Of a stretch of DNA of 64,000 bases, positions 32,075-42,970 are shown piece by piece. A program made the position numbers and the translations under genes. The notes under the pieces are model-generated. The model was not told the origin of the DNA. It did no database searches and saw nothing but the letters and a program-made list of their open reading frames with translations. Source of the stretch: an uncultured Planctomycetota bacterium (GTDB lineage: Bacteria > Planctomycetota > Planctomycetia > Isosphaerales > Isosphaeraceae); assembly GCA_963823665.1 (NCBI GenBank), contig CAWGMQ010000003.1:640001-704000 (forward strand), read 5' to 3'. Position 1 is the stretch's first letter. Each line of letters begins with the position of its first letter.

Positions 32075-33722
32075 TCAGGCCCACGCGCTACTGATCCGCT
32101 GCGGCGACTCCTCGAACAGGCGGCCATCTTGGAGGCGGATGACCCGGTCAGCGATGTCGAAATGGTTCTCGTCGTGGCTAATGACCAGGAGTGCCTTGCC
32201 CGCGGCCCTCAATTCGGGCAGCAGCTCTTGATAGAAAATCTGCTTGAACGCGGGATCCTGGTTTGCGGCGCATTCGTCGAAGATGCAGATGGGCCGATCC
32301 TCCAGCAAGGCGCCCAAGAGGGCCAGTCGCCTCCGCTGCCCTTGTGAGAGGTCGAGAGTGGAGAACGTGCTTCCCCGGACTGTGACGACAGGCGCCAATC
32401 CCAGCCGCTCGAGACCCTCGAAAGCGAGCGTCGCAATCCCATCGGCTTTCAGGCCGAGGAGGTCGCGGAAGAGATGTCCGTCGGCGAAGACGATCGAGAA
32501 GAGCTGGCGATACGCATCGCGATCAAGATCGCCGATTGGATGCCCGTCGATCAGCACGGCGCCCGAATCGGGACGGTAGAGACCGGCGAGCAGCTTGACC
32601 AGGGTGGTCTTGCCGCTGCCGTTGCCCCCGGCAAGGATGACCAGTTCACCTGACCGAAGTGTCAACTCGATGGGGCCAAGCAGGAAGCCGGAATCATCGT
32701 TGCCGTCGCGATACGTGAAGGTCACGGCGTCAAGGCAAATCGAGTCGCGAAGCTCGAAAGGCTCCGCCGGCATCGACAGGTTTTCGCGGCTGTCACCATT
32801 TCGCTCGAGCGTGGGGACCAAGGCCTGGACTCTCTGGAGCGAGACCTGAGCACGTCCCAGAACCGGGACCCACGTCAAAATGATGTCCAGAGGCGTCATC
32901 AGATAGAGGACGACAAGCACGGCCGAGACAAGCGTTGGCCGCGAGATCGTTTCGATCGCTGGCGCGGCGAAGAGGAGAAATCCGATGAAGCCGAAGAACG
33001 CAAGCTGCCCCCACCCCTCGGCGACGGCAAAGTGAGCCAGGCCCTTGATCATTTCGCTGCGCGCCTGATTCATGGTCGGCTCGAGAGCCTCTGCAACGTA
33101 TGCCTGCCGTCGCCCGCGGTGGAGTTTGAGCTCTCGGAATCCGGCGATCAAAGTCCGAAAATGGTCGACCAGCAGCGTCTGTTGCTCTCGAGCTCGCCGC
33201 AGCGATTTCATGCCTCGGGTTGACGCAATCACGTAGACGAAAATCGCCACCGCGGCGAACAGCAGGCCGAAGGCTACGCTCCGCGGCGCCAGCCATCCCG
33301 TATAGATCAAGCCGGCGATCACGATCGGAATGTTGATGCAGAGGTGCGGCAGGCCGACCATTGCACTCGCGATCAGGGCAATGTCATCGGTCAGAGCCGA
33401 CAGCAGTGCCGAACTGTCCATCGTCTCGAATGACCGCAAAGGGAGGACCAAAGTATGACGGACCAGGTGCAGGCCGAGCTTTTCGATTGCACCTTGTCCG
33501 ACCTTTACCATTGCGATCTGGGCGATCGCCCGCGCCGAGGCTGATGCCAAACAGAGCCCGACGAATGCCCAGGCCAAGATGGCCCCAGCCGAAGACTCGC
33601 GCCAGTTCGCGCTGGATCACCGCGATGAGCGCGATGCCGATCGCGCCGCCGGCCGCACCGGCGACTGCGGACAGAATCACGATACTCCGCGAGGACCGCA
33701 GGAGGAACCGCATCAGATTCAT
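32075..33722 (-). CDS. Cyclic-peptide ABC exporter (PvdE/SyrD family), frameshift near 33598
   Basis: GFRELKLH, GGNGSGKTT, LSQGQRRRLAL, FDECAANQDP. The N-terminus is in ORF 33384..33722, coupled to the NRPS stop (ATGA). Confidence 0.9.
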
Positions 33723-36700
33723 CGAATGGGGTCCTCTTTAAGGGTCTGTTCTTGGTGCTCGATCTCACCGGCCAGGATCTCTGCGAGCCGCAGCACGGTC
33801 GGCCGCTGCATGATCGTGTAATGGTCACCTGGCAACTGGTGCGTTGAGATACCCCCAAGCGCCAAGGCCTTCCACCCGTCTGTCGAGCGTGACTCGAGGT
33901 TGTTCAGGTTCGCTTCTGCCTGGACCAGGATGACACGACCCGAATAAGCGCGGGGCTGGTAGCCGTCGAGCGCCAACCGGTTCGCCCGATACACGTCTTG
34001 AAGCCGACGCAATCGCTTTTCGCCGATCTCACCGGTGATCCGCGACGCCCAGTTCTCGCCGCCCTCGATCCGGGCCAGGTCGGCGGCGAAGCCCGCCTGC
34101 GCCGCGAGGTTGCCAATAGAGTGAGGCGCGTTGCGCGGGACTGGTACCGAACAATCGATCAGAATGACGAGCGGTGCATCATGCCCGGCGGCGGCGAGTT
34201 GGATGGCCATCTCGAACGCCACGATGCCCCCCATCGACCAACCACCCAGAATGTATGGCCCTCCCGGACGATCCGCACGAAGCACATCGACGTATCGTGA
34301 CGCCATGCGCACCAGATCCGTCTCGGGCTCCTCATCACCTTCATAGCCCGCAGCCTGAAGACCAAGAACGGCACGCGCTCCATCGAATCCGCGGGCCAGC
34401 GAGCTATAGCAAATCACGCCGCCGCCGATCGGATGCACGAGGTAGAGCGGCCAGCCTGACCCGGATGCACCAAGATTGACGAGCGGTGAAACGACACGCG
34501 ATCCGACGACTTCGCGGATCTGTGTGGCGAGTTCTTCGATCGTCGAACTGAGCAGCAGATCCGACAGGGCCAGCGATCGCCCGAATTGCTCTTCAATCCT
34601 TGCCGCCAATCGCACTGCCAGCAGTGAGTGGCCGCCGAGATCGAAGAAGTCATCCGTCACGCCGATGGGCCGCTTCTGGAGGAGGTCTTCCCAGATCGTC
34701 GCGAGCTGTTTCTCGATCTCGTCGCGTGGGCTCACGACCGCTTCGTCCGTGGCGATCTCGTCGGGCATGGATTGCAGCAACTCAAGACGATCAACCTTTC
34801 CGGAATGCGTTCGCGGAAGGCGATCCACAACGTGAAATCGAGACGGGATCATCGGGCGCGGAAGCGTTTCGCGAAGCAAAAGTCTGATCGACTCTACATG
34901 AATGCTCTGCCCGGCTTCGGCGACAACGCAGGCGACGAGTCGCTGACTGTCAGCCTCATCCTGTTCGGTGATGACAGCCGCTTCGCGGACACCTTGAGCT
35001 CTACTGATCGCGGCCTCGACTTCGGCGAGCTCGACCCGGAAGCCTCGAACTTTCACCTGCGCGTCGCGGCGGCCCAGCAGCTCGATTGTACCTCCCGGAC
35101 GCCACCGCGCTCGGTCGCCCGTCGCATACATGCGCGATCCCCGCCCACCATTCGGGTCCGGCACGAACCGCTCGGCGGTCTGACGTGGGTCACCGACGTA
35201 GCCACGCGCCACACCTGACCCGCCAATGTACAGCTCCCCGACCACCCCCACCGGAACCGGCTCGCCAACCCCATCAAGAATGTAGGTGCGCGTTCCCAGC
35301 AACGGTCGGCCGATCGGAACCGCGCCGTCCGCGGCTTCGAGGTCGTTCGGCAGCCCGCCGAAGTACGTACTGTCGATCGTCGCCTCGGTCAGCCCGTAGG
35401 AGTTGACCACTCGCCCGCCGGGTCTCATCAGCCGCCATAACCGTCGATAGAGACTTCCGCGCAAGGTGTCGGACCCGACAGCGAGCAGGCGGACCGTGCC
35501 CAGGTCTTCGGATCGCCGCTCGAGATGCGTCGCCAGCGCGTTGGCAAGCGCCGGAACGAGCTCGAGGCATTCGATGCGTTCGCGCCGGATGAGATCGGTG
35601 AGCGCGGCCGGGTCGAGCGAGATAGGACGGGGGCAAGCGACGAGCGTTCCGCCGGTAGTCAGGGCGCGGACCCAGTCGCCAGTGAAAACATCGAAGGCAA
35701 AGCCAGCGGCCTGAAGATGCCGTAGCGGTGGCCGGCGGAGGTCGTAGGCTTGCTCCCAGGCGGCGGAGGCGGCCAGGAGACCGCGGTGAGAGACCATGAC
35801 ACCTTTGGGCCGCCCGGTGCTGCCGGAAGTGAAAACGACGTAAGCAAGGTTTTCGCCATGCACCCGCACCGACGGATTTTCGGGACTCTGAGAGGCGATA
35901 TTCGCTCGCTCGGCGTCCAGGTCGATCGCCCTCGCCTCAGAGTGCGGTATTCGACCGAGCGCCACACCGTCAGCGATCAAGAACGAGACGCCCGCGTTGT
36001 CGAGCATGCCGTGCAGCCGCGTTCGTGGCAAAGACGTCTCGAGGGGCACATACGCCGCTCCTGCCTTCAGTACGCCGAGCACGGCCACGATCTGAGAAAG
36101 GAAGTCGTTGATCGAGATACCCACGCGAGCTTCCGGGCCCGCGCCGTGCGCCCGCAGATGATGCGCCAGCCGATTTGCACGAACGTTCAAGTCGGCATAC
36201 GTCAGTCGTTCGTGGCCGGCGACCAGGGCCAACGCGCCGGGAGTGGCAAGGACCTGGGCCTCGAACGCACCGTGGATCGCAGACGGCTCATGCCGACAGG
36301 GGATATCAACACACTCGGCTGCTTCCGACGGCGCCTGGCTCCACGCCGCGACTTGCCCGCGCTCAACATCGGTGAGCAGCGACAACTCGGATAATGACCG
36401 TTCCGGATGAGCGATCAGGAACTCGAGCGTTTGCACGTACTGCTTCGCGAACCTTTCGATCGTCGGGGCGTCGAACAGATCTGTGTTAAACTCAACCGAC
36501 CCGATGAAGCCTTGCGGCGTGTCATCGAATCCCAGCGAAAGGTCGAACTTCGACGTACCGGTTCCTTGGGCGAGATCAAGGGGCGAGAAGGTCAGCTCGA
36601 GCGGGCGGACCGCCGGCAATGAGTTGTTCTGAAGAACGAACATCACCTGGAAGAGAGGAGAACGGCTGGCGTCGCGCCGAGGGCCGAGCGCGGCGATAAG

Positions 36701-39604
36701 AACCTCAAGCGGAATCTCCTGGTTTTCGTACGCCTCGAGGGCAACCTCGCGCACGCGGGCCAGTAACTCCCGGACGGTCGGATTACCGGAAAGGTCGACA
36801 CGGAGTGCGACCATATTCACGAAGTAACCGATCAAGCGTTCGGTTTCAGGCCTGTTTCGGTTGGCTACCGGTGCCCCCACGGCGAAATCGTTCTGACCGC
36901 TCCAGCGGCCCAGGACGAGCTGGAAGGCCGCGAGCAAGGTCATGAACGGTGTCACCCCCTCGCGGCGCGCAGCGTCTCGGACAGCCGCGGACAGTTCCGC
37001 CGTGAGCACCAGGTGATGCAGTGCGCCGCGTGCGCTTCTGAGTGGCAGGCGAAGGCGATCCGTCGGCAGCTCAAGAGAGGGCACGCCGGCGAGTCGGCGC
37101 CGCCACGACTCGATCCGGGACGACCAGGCTCCGGTTTGCAACTGGTCGCGCTGCCAGCGAGCGAAATCAGCGTACTGGATGGGCATGCCAGGTAGAGGCG
37201 ATGGACGGCCGTGGCAATAAGCCTCGTAGAGGGTTGCCAGCTCCCCCGCCGCAACGCTGAATGACCAACCGTCGGTGATGAGGTGGTGCATGGTCAAGAG
37301 CACCGCGCTGTCGGCCTTGCCCAGCCGCAGCAAACTTACACGTGCCAGCGGAGCCCGCGTGAGGTCGAACGGCCGCCGCGATTCGTCGATCGCTAGGCGC
37401 TGGGCCTCTTGTTCTCGAACGTCAAGTGCCAGTGCGGTCAGATCGGCCATTTCGATTGATAAGGAAACGTCGGGTTCGACACTCTGCACCGGTGTTCCAC
37501 CGATGGAAATGAACGACGTCCGGAGCGCTTCATGGCGACGCACGACCTCTTTCAGGCTCCATTCGAGCGCCCCGAAGTCGAGCGGCCCGGTGATCCGCAA
37601 CCCCGCGGTGACGTTGAATGTCGGCTGCCCTGGCGCAAGCTGATCGAGGAACCAAAGCGCTTCTTGCGAGAATGAAAGTGGCATCGGACCGACCAAGCGG
37701 CTTGATTCGATGGAAGCGGCTTGGCGCCGGGGGCAGCCGCGTCGCATCGCCTCGATGCGCGTGGCCAGTCCAGCGACCGTCGGAGCCTCGAACAGGGCTC
37801 GAAGCGGGATCTCCACGCCGAACGCCTCGCGGAGCCGAGAGATGACCTGGGTGGCCAGCAGTGAGTGCCCGCCGATGTCGAAGAAGCCATCATGGGCTCC
37901 GACCCGCTCAAGGCGCAAGACATCTGCCCAGATGGACGCCACCGTCTGCTCGACCGGCCCGCGCGGTGCTGTGGCAAGCGAGTCTTGCCGCGCCGAGCCT
38001 GGTAGAGGAGCAGGCAGGGCCTCTCGGTCGACCTTCCCGTTCGGCGTCAGTGGCAGCGCCTCGAGCACAACGAAAGCCGACGGAATCATTGGCTCGGGAA
38101 GCGAGTGTCGCAAGAACTGGCGCAGGTCTGAGCTCGTCGGTGATGGCAGGTCGTCGGCGATCGTCAGATAGGCGACCAAGCGACGGTCATCGGGCACGTC
38201 CTCGCGCGCCACGACGGCGGTCTCGCGCACGGCTGGGTGAAGCTCCAGTGCCTGCTCGATCTCGCCCGGCTCGATACGATAGCCGCGAATCTTGACCTGG
38301 CGATCCACCCTGCCGAGGCACTCGAGGTTGCCGTCGGACCGCCAGCGGGCCAGGTCGCCCGTGCGGTAGAGGCGGCTGCCCGGCTCGTTGCCAAAAGGGT
38401 CGGGGACGAAGCGCTCGGCCGTCAAGCCCGGCCTGTTCAAGTATCCGCGCGCTACTCCGGCACCGCCGATGAACAGCTCACCCGGAACCCCGATGGGCAT
38501 CGGCTCGAGATTCCGATTCACGACATAAAGACGTGTGTTGGCGATCGGCCGCCCGATCGGGATGGCGCCGGAAATGGCCTGGTCTCGGGGCACGCGGTAG
38601 ACGCAACAGCCGACGACCGTCTCGGTTGGACCGTATTCGTTGATCAAGTGTGTGTCTGGCGCGTGCTGGCGCCAGAAGGCGACGTGCTCTTCCCGCAGTT
38701 GCTCACCACCGATAATGAACGCTCTCGTCCGGCCCCGGACATCGCGGGCGTCCATTTGATCGCCGAGCAAGCGGAGGTGTGCCGGCGTGATCTTGACCAG
38801 GCTGTAGTCGCGAGATCGCCTGAGTGCCTCGCTCAGTTGCTCTACGCCGAGGTCGTCGTCGAGCAAGTCGACGCGCCGGCCTGTGATAAGCGGCGCGAGC
38901 AAGGCGGTGATCGTCAAGTCGAACGAAATCGAACTGTGGACCGGCGCTCCCACTCCGTCCGGGACGGAATAAGCCTTTACGCACCAGCTCAGATAGTTTG
39001 CCAGGCCCAGGTGGTTGATCATGGCGCCTTTGGGCCGGCCAGTCGAGCCGGAGGTGTAGATGACATAAGCAAGGTTCAGAAGCCCCGCGCCCCCGGGTAG
39101 ATTTTCGCCGCACTCCTGTTCGATCGATTTCCGATCACGATCGAGGCAGATGACCGACGCCCTTGTGCCAGGGAGGCGCTCGAGCAGGTCGGCCTGGGCC
39201 ACGAGAACCGAGGCGCGCGCATCATCGACCATGAAGGCGAGCCGCCCGGCGGGGTACGCCGGATCGAGCGGTACGTAGGCTCCCCCCGCCTTGAGGACTG
39301 CCAGGAGCCCGACCACCATGGCTGTCGATCGGCCGACGCACAGGCCGACCAGGACTTCGGGGCCGACACCTTGGGCGCGAAGGAGGTTGGCCAACTGGTT
39401 AGCCCGGGCATTGAGCTGCGAATAGGTGAGGGTTTCTGTGGCGCTCGTCAGAGCAATAGCCGTCGGGGTCCGTTCCGCCTGCATCTCGATCCAGCGGTGG
39501 ACGCACCGGAGCTTGGGCGGCGATCGACGGGTCGCTTCTGGCATTCGCCATCGCGGCGTCTCTTTCGGAACGCGCCCGACACCGTTCCTGGTTGCATTAT
39601 TCAC
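33719..39604 (-). CDS. NRPS, terminal subunit: A(Asn)-T-C-A(Orn/Dab-like)-T-TE
   Basis: Two A domains (YTSGSTGRPKG, FTSGSTGRPKG), two GGHSL carriers, HHLITDGWS, TE GWSMGG/GDH. Codes DLTKIGEVGK and DVGEAGSIDK read by hand. Confidence 0.95.
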   Translation of the reverse strand: MNNATRNGVGRVPKETPRWRMPEATRRSPPKLRCVHRWIEMQAERTPTAIALTSATETLTYSQLNARANQLANLLRAQGVGPEVLVGLCVGRSTAMVVGLLAVLKAGGAYVPLDPAYPAGRLAFMVDDARASVLVAQADLLERLPGTRASVICLDRDRKSIEQECGENLPGGAGLLNLAYVIYTSGSTGRPKGAMINHLGLANYLSWCVKAYSVPDGVGAPVHSSISFDLTITALLAPLITGRRVDLLDDDLGVEQLSEALRRSRDYSLVKITPAHLRLLGDQMDARDVRGRTRAFIIGGEQLREEHVAFWRQHAPDTHLINEYGPTETVVGCCVYRVPRDQAISGAIPIGRPIANTRLYVVNRNLEPMPIGVPGELFIGGAGVARGYLNRPGLTAERFVPDPFGNEPGSRLYRTGDLARWRSDGNLECLGRVDRQVKIRGYRIEPGEIEQALELHPAVRETAVVAREDVPDDRRLVAYLTIADDLPSPTSSDLRQFLRHSLPEPMIPSAFVVLEALPLTPNGKVDREALPAPLPGSARQDSLATAPRGPVEQTVASIWADVLRLERVGAHDGFFDIGGHSLLATQVISRLREAFGVEIPLRALFEAPTVAGLATRIEAMRRGCPRRQAASIESSRLVGPMPLSFSQEALWFLDQLAPGQPTFNVTAGLRITGPLDFGALEWSLKEVVRRHEALRTSFISIGGTPVQSVEPDVSLSIEMADLTALALDVREQEAQRLAIDESRRPFDLTRAPLARVSLLRLGKADSAVLLTMHHLITDGWSFSVAAGELATLYEAYCHGRPSPLPGMPIQYADFARWQRDQLQTGAWSSRIESWRRRLAGVPSLELPTDRLRLPLRSARGALHHLVLTAELSAAVRDAARREGVTPFMTLLAAFQLVLGRWSGQNDFAVGAPVANRNRPETERLIGYFVNMVALRVDLSGNPTVRELLARVREVALEAYENQEIPLEVLIAALGPRRDASRSPLFQVMFVLQNNSLPAVRPLELTFSPLDLAQGTGTSKFDLSLGFDDTPQGFIGSVEFNTDLFDAPTIERFAKQYVQTLEFLIAHPERSLSELSLLTDVERGQVAAWSQAPSEAAECVDIPCRHEPSAIHGAFEAQVLATPGALALVAGHERLTYADLNVRANRLAHHLRAHGAGPEARVGISINDFLSQIVAVLGVLKAGAAYVPLETSLPRTRLHGMLDNAGVSFLIADGVALGRIPHSEARAIDLDAERANIASQSPENPSVRVHGENLAYVVFTSGSTGRPKGVMVSHRGLLAASAAWEQAYDLRRPPLRHLQAAGFAFDVFTGDWVRALTTGGTLVACPRPISLDPAALTDLIRRERIECLELVPALANALATHLERRSEDLGTVRLLAVGSDTLRGSLYRRLWRLMRPGGRVVNSYGLTEATIDSTYFGGLPNDLEAADGAVPIGRPLLGTRTYILDGVGEPVPVGVVGELYIGGSGVARGYVGDPRQTAERFVPDPNGGRGSRMYATGDRARWRPGGTIELLGRRDAQVKVRGFRVELAEVEAAISRAQGVREAAVITEQDEADSQRLVACVVAEAGQSIHVESIRLLLRETLPRPMIPSRFHVVDRLPRTHSGKVDRLELLQSMPDEIATDEAVVSPRDEIEKQLATIWEDLLQKRPIGVTDDFFDLGGHSLLAVRLAARIEEQFGRSLALSDLLLSSTIEELATQIREVVGSRVVSPLVNLGASGSGWPLYLVHPIGGGVICYSSLARGFDGARAVLGLQAAGYEGDEEPETDLVRMASRYVDVLRADRPGGPYILGGWSMGGIVAFEMAIQLAAAGHDAPLVILIDCSVPVPRNAPHSIGNLAAQAGFAADLARIEGGENWASRITGEIGEKRLRRLQDVYRANRLALDGYQPRAYSGRVILVQAEANLNNLESRSTDGWKALALGGISTHQLPGDHYTIMQRPTVLRLAEILAGEIEHQEQTLKEDPIR

Positions 39605-42600
39605 GGGTCGCAACCTCCAACGAAGGCAGTTCATAAAGGGAGGAGTCAAGCTCGTCTAAATCCGGCCCATCCAGCACCGTCGCCGCGTCGTTGCCGGCCG
39701 TGCTATTCCATTCCACGAGCACTTGAATTCGCTCTTGCTGCGTGAGCATGCGCAGGCCGACGATGGGATCATCGGGATGAGCAATGATCTCTTCGAGAAG
39801 GACGACGTAGTGCGCCAGCATGCGGTCCACCGTCGCGGCGTCGAAAAGGTCGGTGCTGTACTCCATAGCCAGACGCAAGCCCTCCGGGACTTCGGTGGCG
39901 AAGAGCGTCAAGTCGAACTTTGACGTCCCATTTGACAGATCGAGAGGTGTGAACGAAAGCTCGGGTGTTTGCAACGTCCAGCCCGGCGCGTTCTGAAGGG
40001 CGAACATCACCTGAACAAGCGGCGAACGGTTTGCGACACGCTCGCAATGGAGCGCGGTGACGATGCGCTCGAAAGGCAGGTCCTGATGACTGTAGGCCTC
40101 GATCGCCGTCCGGCGGATCCGGCGGAGCAATTCGCGGAAGCCGGGGTCGCCCGACAGGTCGCCGCGCATGACGAGCGTGTTGACGAAGAGCCCGATCAGC
40201 CCTTCGAGCTCGGGACGCGTGCGCCCGGCGATCGGCGTCCCAACCGCGAAATCATCTTGCCCAGTGTAACGGTGAAGGAGAACCTGAAAAGTTGCCAGCA
40301 GCGTCATGTAGAGCGTCGCGCCCTCGTTCCGACCGAGCGCTCGAACGGCTTCAAGCGTGGTTTTTGGCACGGTCGTCGACCGCTCGAGGCCGCGCTGGCT
40401 CGCGGCGGGCGGTCGTGGGCGATCGCTGGGCAGCTCGAGCTCGGGCACGCCTCTGAGCTGCTTCGTCCAGTATTCGAGCTGCGCCTCGAGGACCTTGCCC
40501 GCGAGCCAGCTCCGCTGCCAGACCGCGAAATCGGCGTACTGGATCGGGAGCTCGGGAAGCGAAGACGGCTGACCCAGCAGGCGTGACTGGTAAAGCGCCG
40601 AAAGCTCGCGGACCAGAATCCCCATCGACCAACCGTCGGCGATGGCGTGATGCATGGTAATTGTGGCGATCTGCTCTCGCTCGCTCAGTCGCAGCACGGC
40701 GGCTCGGATAAGCGGTCCGCGCGCAAGGTCAAAAGGCCGCACAGCTTCTTCGCGAATGTGCTTCTCAGCTTGGAGGTCGCGCTGGCCCGCGGCGAGGCCG
40801 CTCAGATCGTGCACCGTCAGCGGCACATCCAGGCTGGCGGCGATCACCTGGCGCGGAATCCCGCCATCGGCGGCCAGCGTGGTCCGCAACACTTCGTGTC
40901 GGCACACAACATCGTTCAGGGCTCGCTCGAAGGCTGAAATGTCAAGGCTGCCCACAAGCTTGACGGCTGCCGGGATGTGATACAGCGCTCGACCCGGTTC
41001 GAGTTGATCGAGGAACCAGAGCCGTTGCTGCGCGAACGAAGCCGGCAACGAGGCGTCGCGATCGACCGATTCGAATGGCGGTGCTGAGGCAGCGTTTCCA
41101 GCCTTGATTGCCTGCTCGACGAAATCTGCCATTCGCGATAAGGTCGGATCGCCAATGAAAGCGCTGAGCGGTGGCTCCACATCAAACGTGCGGCGGATGC
41201 GCGACACAAGCTGAACCGCAAGGATTGAGTGGCCCCCGCGCTCGAAGAAACTGTCATGAGCTCCGACCGATTCGACGCCCAGCAGCTCGATCCAGATATC
41301 GGCGATGGCTTCTTCAATCGGTCCTCGCGGCGGGATGAACTCGGCAGTGGCCGCAAGCGATGCCCTGCTGGGTTCGGGGAGGGCTTGCCGGTCGACTTTC
41401 CCGTTGGGTAAGCGAGGAAGAGCGTCGAGGAGGACAAACGCCGAAGGGACCATATATTCGGGAATCGTTCGGCATAGCCATCGTCGCAATTCGGACGTAA
41501 TGGTCTTATCCGGGCCGACGCGCAGAGCGATGTACGCAACCATGCTCATCTCGCCACTCGGATCAGGACGAGCGGTCACAACCGCCTCACGCACTGCCGT
41601 GTGCCGCGCCAGCGCAGCCTCGACCTCGCCGAGCTCGACGCGAAATCCACGGATTTTGACCTGATGGTCGACCCGGCCTAGACACTCAAGAGTTCGTTCG
41701 GCGTGCCATCTGGCGAGGTCGCCAGTTCGGTAGAGTCGACCTCCTTCAAGCTTTCCGAATGGGTCGGGGATGAACCGCTCGGCCGTCAGGCCGGGGCGAT
41801 TCCGATAGCCGCGTGCCAGCCCGGCGCCTCCGATGAAAAGCTCGCCGACAACGCCGATCGGCACCGGCCGGAGCTGATCGTCCAGAACATAGAAGCGCGT
41901 GTTGGCAATCGGACTCCCAATCGAAATGGCCGCCTCACCGGCTTCGACCCGCCAGGCTGACGACCAGACGGTTGTCTCGGTGGGGCCGTACACGTTCCAG
42001 AGAGCGGCGCCCTTGTCGATCAATCGGTCCGCCAGAACGCGGGGGAGCGCCTCACCGCCGCAGAGCATCGTGATCGCCCGATGTCCTTGCCAATCGGCTT
42101 CCAGCAGCAAGCGCCACGTGGCCGGAGTCGCTTGCAAGAAGGTGGTCCGAGAGTCGTCGAGGCGAGCGGCGAGACGGGCCCCATCGGCGGCGACTTCGCG
42201 ATCGACGAGCTCCACGCGAGCGCCGACGATCAAGGGCAAGAAGATCTCAAGCGCGGCGATGTCAAAGGAGAGCGTCGTCACCGCCAGGAGCGTGTCCCGT
42301 TTACTGATCGGTAGAAGTGCGAGCATTGCTTCGAGAAGGTTGGAGAGCGCACCATGAGGAATCTGGACCCCTTTGGGCCTGCCCGTCGACCCCGAGGTGT
42401 AGATGACGTAGGCGAGGTTCGCCGCGGCGGGTTCAACATCGAGATTCGCGTCGCTGTACGCGTCGATTACCGCGCTGTCGACGTCGATGCAGAGTAAGCG
42501 TGCCTCGCGCTCCGGCAGGTTCTCGCGCAGTTTTTCCTCGGTCAGGACAACCGAGGCTCGTGCGTCGTCAAGCATGAACGCCAGGCGCTCGGCGGGATAG

Positions 42601-42953
42601 GCCGGGTCGAGAGGCACATAGGTGCCGCCAGCCTTCAAGATGGCCAAGAGACCCACGACCATCTCCGCCGTGCGGCCGAGGAACAGGCCCACCAAGACCT
42701 CGGGGCCGACGCCCATGGCGCGGAGGCGACGGGCCAGGCGGTTCGCCCGGGCGTTCAGCTCAGCATAAGTGATCGAGACGGCGCCACAAGAGACGGCGAT
42801 GGCCTCCGGGCACCGCTGGGCCTGCAATTCGATTTGCCGATGGACCAAACCGGCTCCGTCGCGGCAACGACCGGCTTTCTCACGCAACATGCGCACGACC
42901 AGCTCGCGTTTTTGCGCCAAACTCAGCGTCGCATATTCGTTCATGTGACTCAT
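39597..42953 (-). CDS. NRPS subunit: A(Gly)-T-C
   Basis: A-domain core motifs, code DILQLGVVWK, GGHSI carrier, HHAIADGWS. Ends after the C domain. Confidence 0.95.
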   Translation of the reverse strand: MSHMNEYATLSLAQKRELVVRMLREKAGRCRDGAGLVHRQIELQAQRCPEAIAVSCGAVSITYAELNARANRLARRLRAMGVGPEVLVGLFLGRTAEMVVGLLAILKAGGTYVPLDPAYPAERLAFMLDDARASVVLTEEKLRENLPEREARLLCIDVDSAVIDAYSDANLDVEPAAANLAYVIYTSGSTGRPKGVQIPHGALSNLLEAMLALLPISKRDTLLAVTTLSFDIAALEIFLPLIVGARVELVDREVAADGARLAARLDDSRTTFLQATPATWRLLLEADWQGHRAITMLCGGEALPRVLADRLIDKGAALWNVYGPTETTVWSSAWRVEAGEAAISIGSPIANTRFYVLDDQLRPVPIGVVGELFIGGAGLARGYRNRPGLTAERFIPDPFGKLEGGRLYRTGDLARWHAERTLECLGRVDHQVKIRGFRVELGEVEAALARHTAVREAVVTARPDPSGEMSMVAYIALRVGPDKTITSELRRWLCRTIPEYMVPSAFVLLDALPRLPNGKVDRQALPEPSRASLAATAEFIPPRGPIEEAIADIWIELLGVESVGAHDSFFERGGHSILAVQLVSRIRRTFDVEPPLSAFIGDPTLSRMADFVEQAIKAGNAASAPPFESVDRDASLPASFAQQRLWFLDQLEPGRALYHIPAAVKLVGSLDISAFERALNDVVCRHEVLRTTLAADGGIPRQVIAASLDVPLTVHDLSGLAAGQRDLQAEKHIREEAVRPFDLARGPLIRAAVLRLSEREQIATITMHHAIADGWSMGILVRELSALYQSRLLGQPSSLPELPIQYADFAVWQRSWLAGKVLEAQLEYWTKQLRGVPELELPSDRPRPPAASQRGLERSTTVPKTTLEAVRALGRNEGATLYMTLLATFQVLLHRYTGQDDFAVGTPIAGRTRPELEGLIGLFVNTLVMRGDLSGDPGFRELLRRIRRTAIEAYSHQDLPFERIVTALHCERVANRSPLVQVMFALQNAPGWTLQTPELSFTPLDLSNGTSKFDLTLFATEVPEGLRLAMEYSTDLFDAATVDRMLAHYVVLLEEIIAHPDDPIVGLRMLTQQERIQVLVEWNSTAGNDAATVLDGPDLDELDSSLYELPSLEVATRE

Positions 42954-42970
42954 GGTCAATTCCTTAGCTC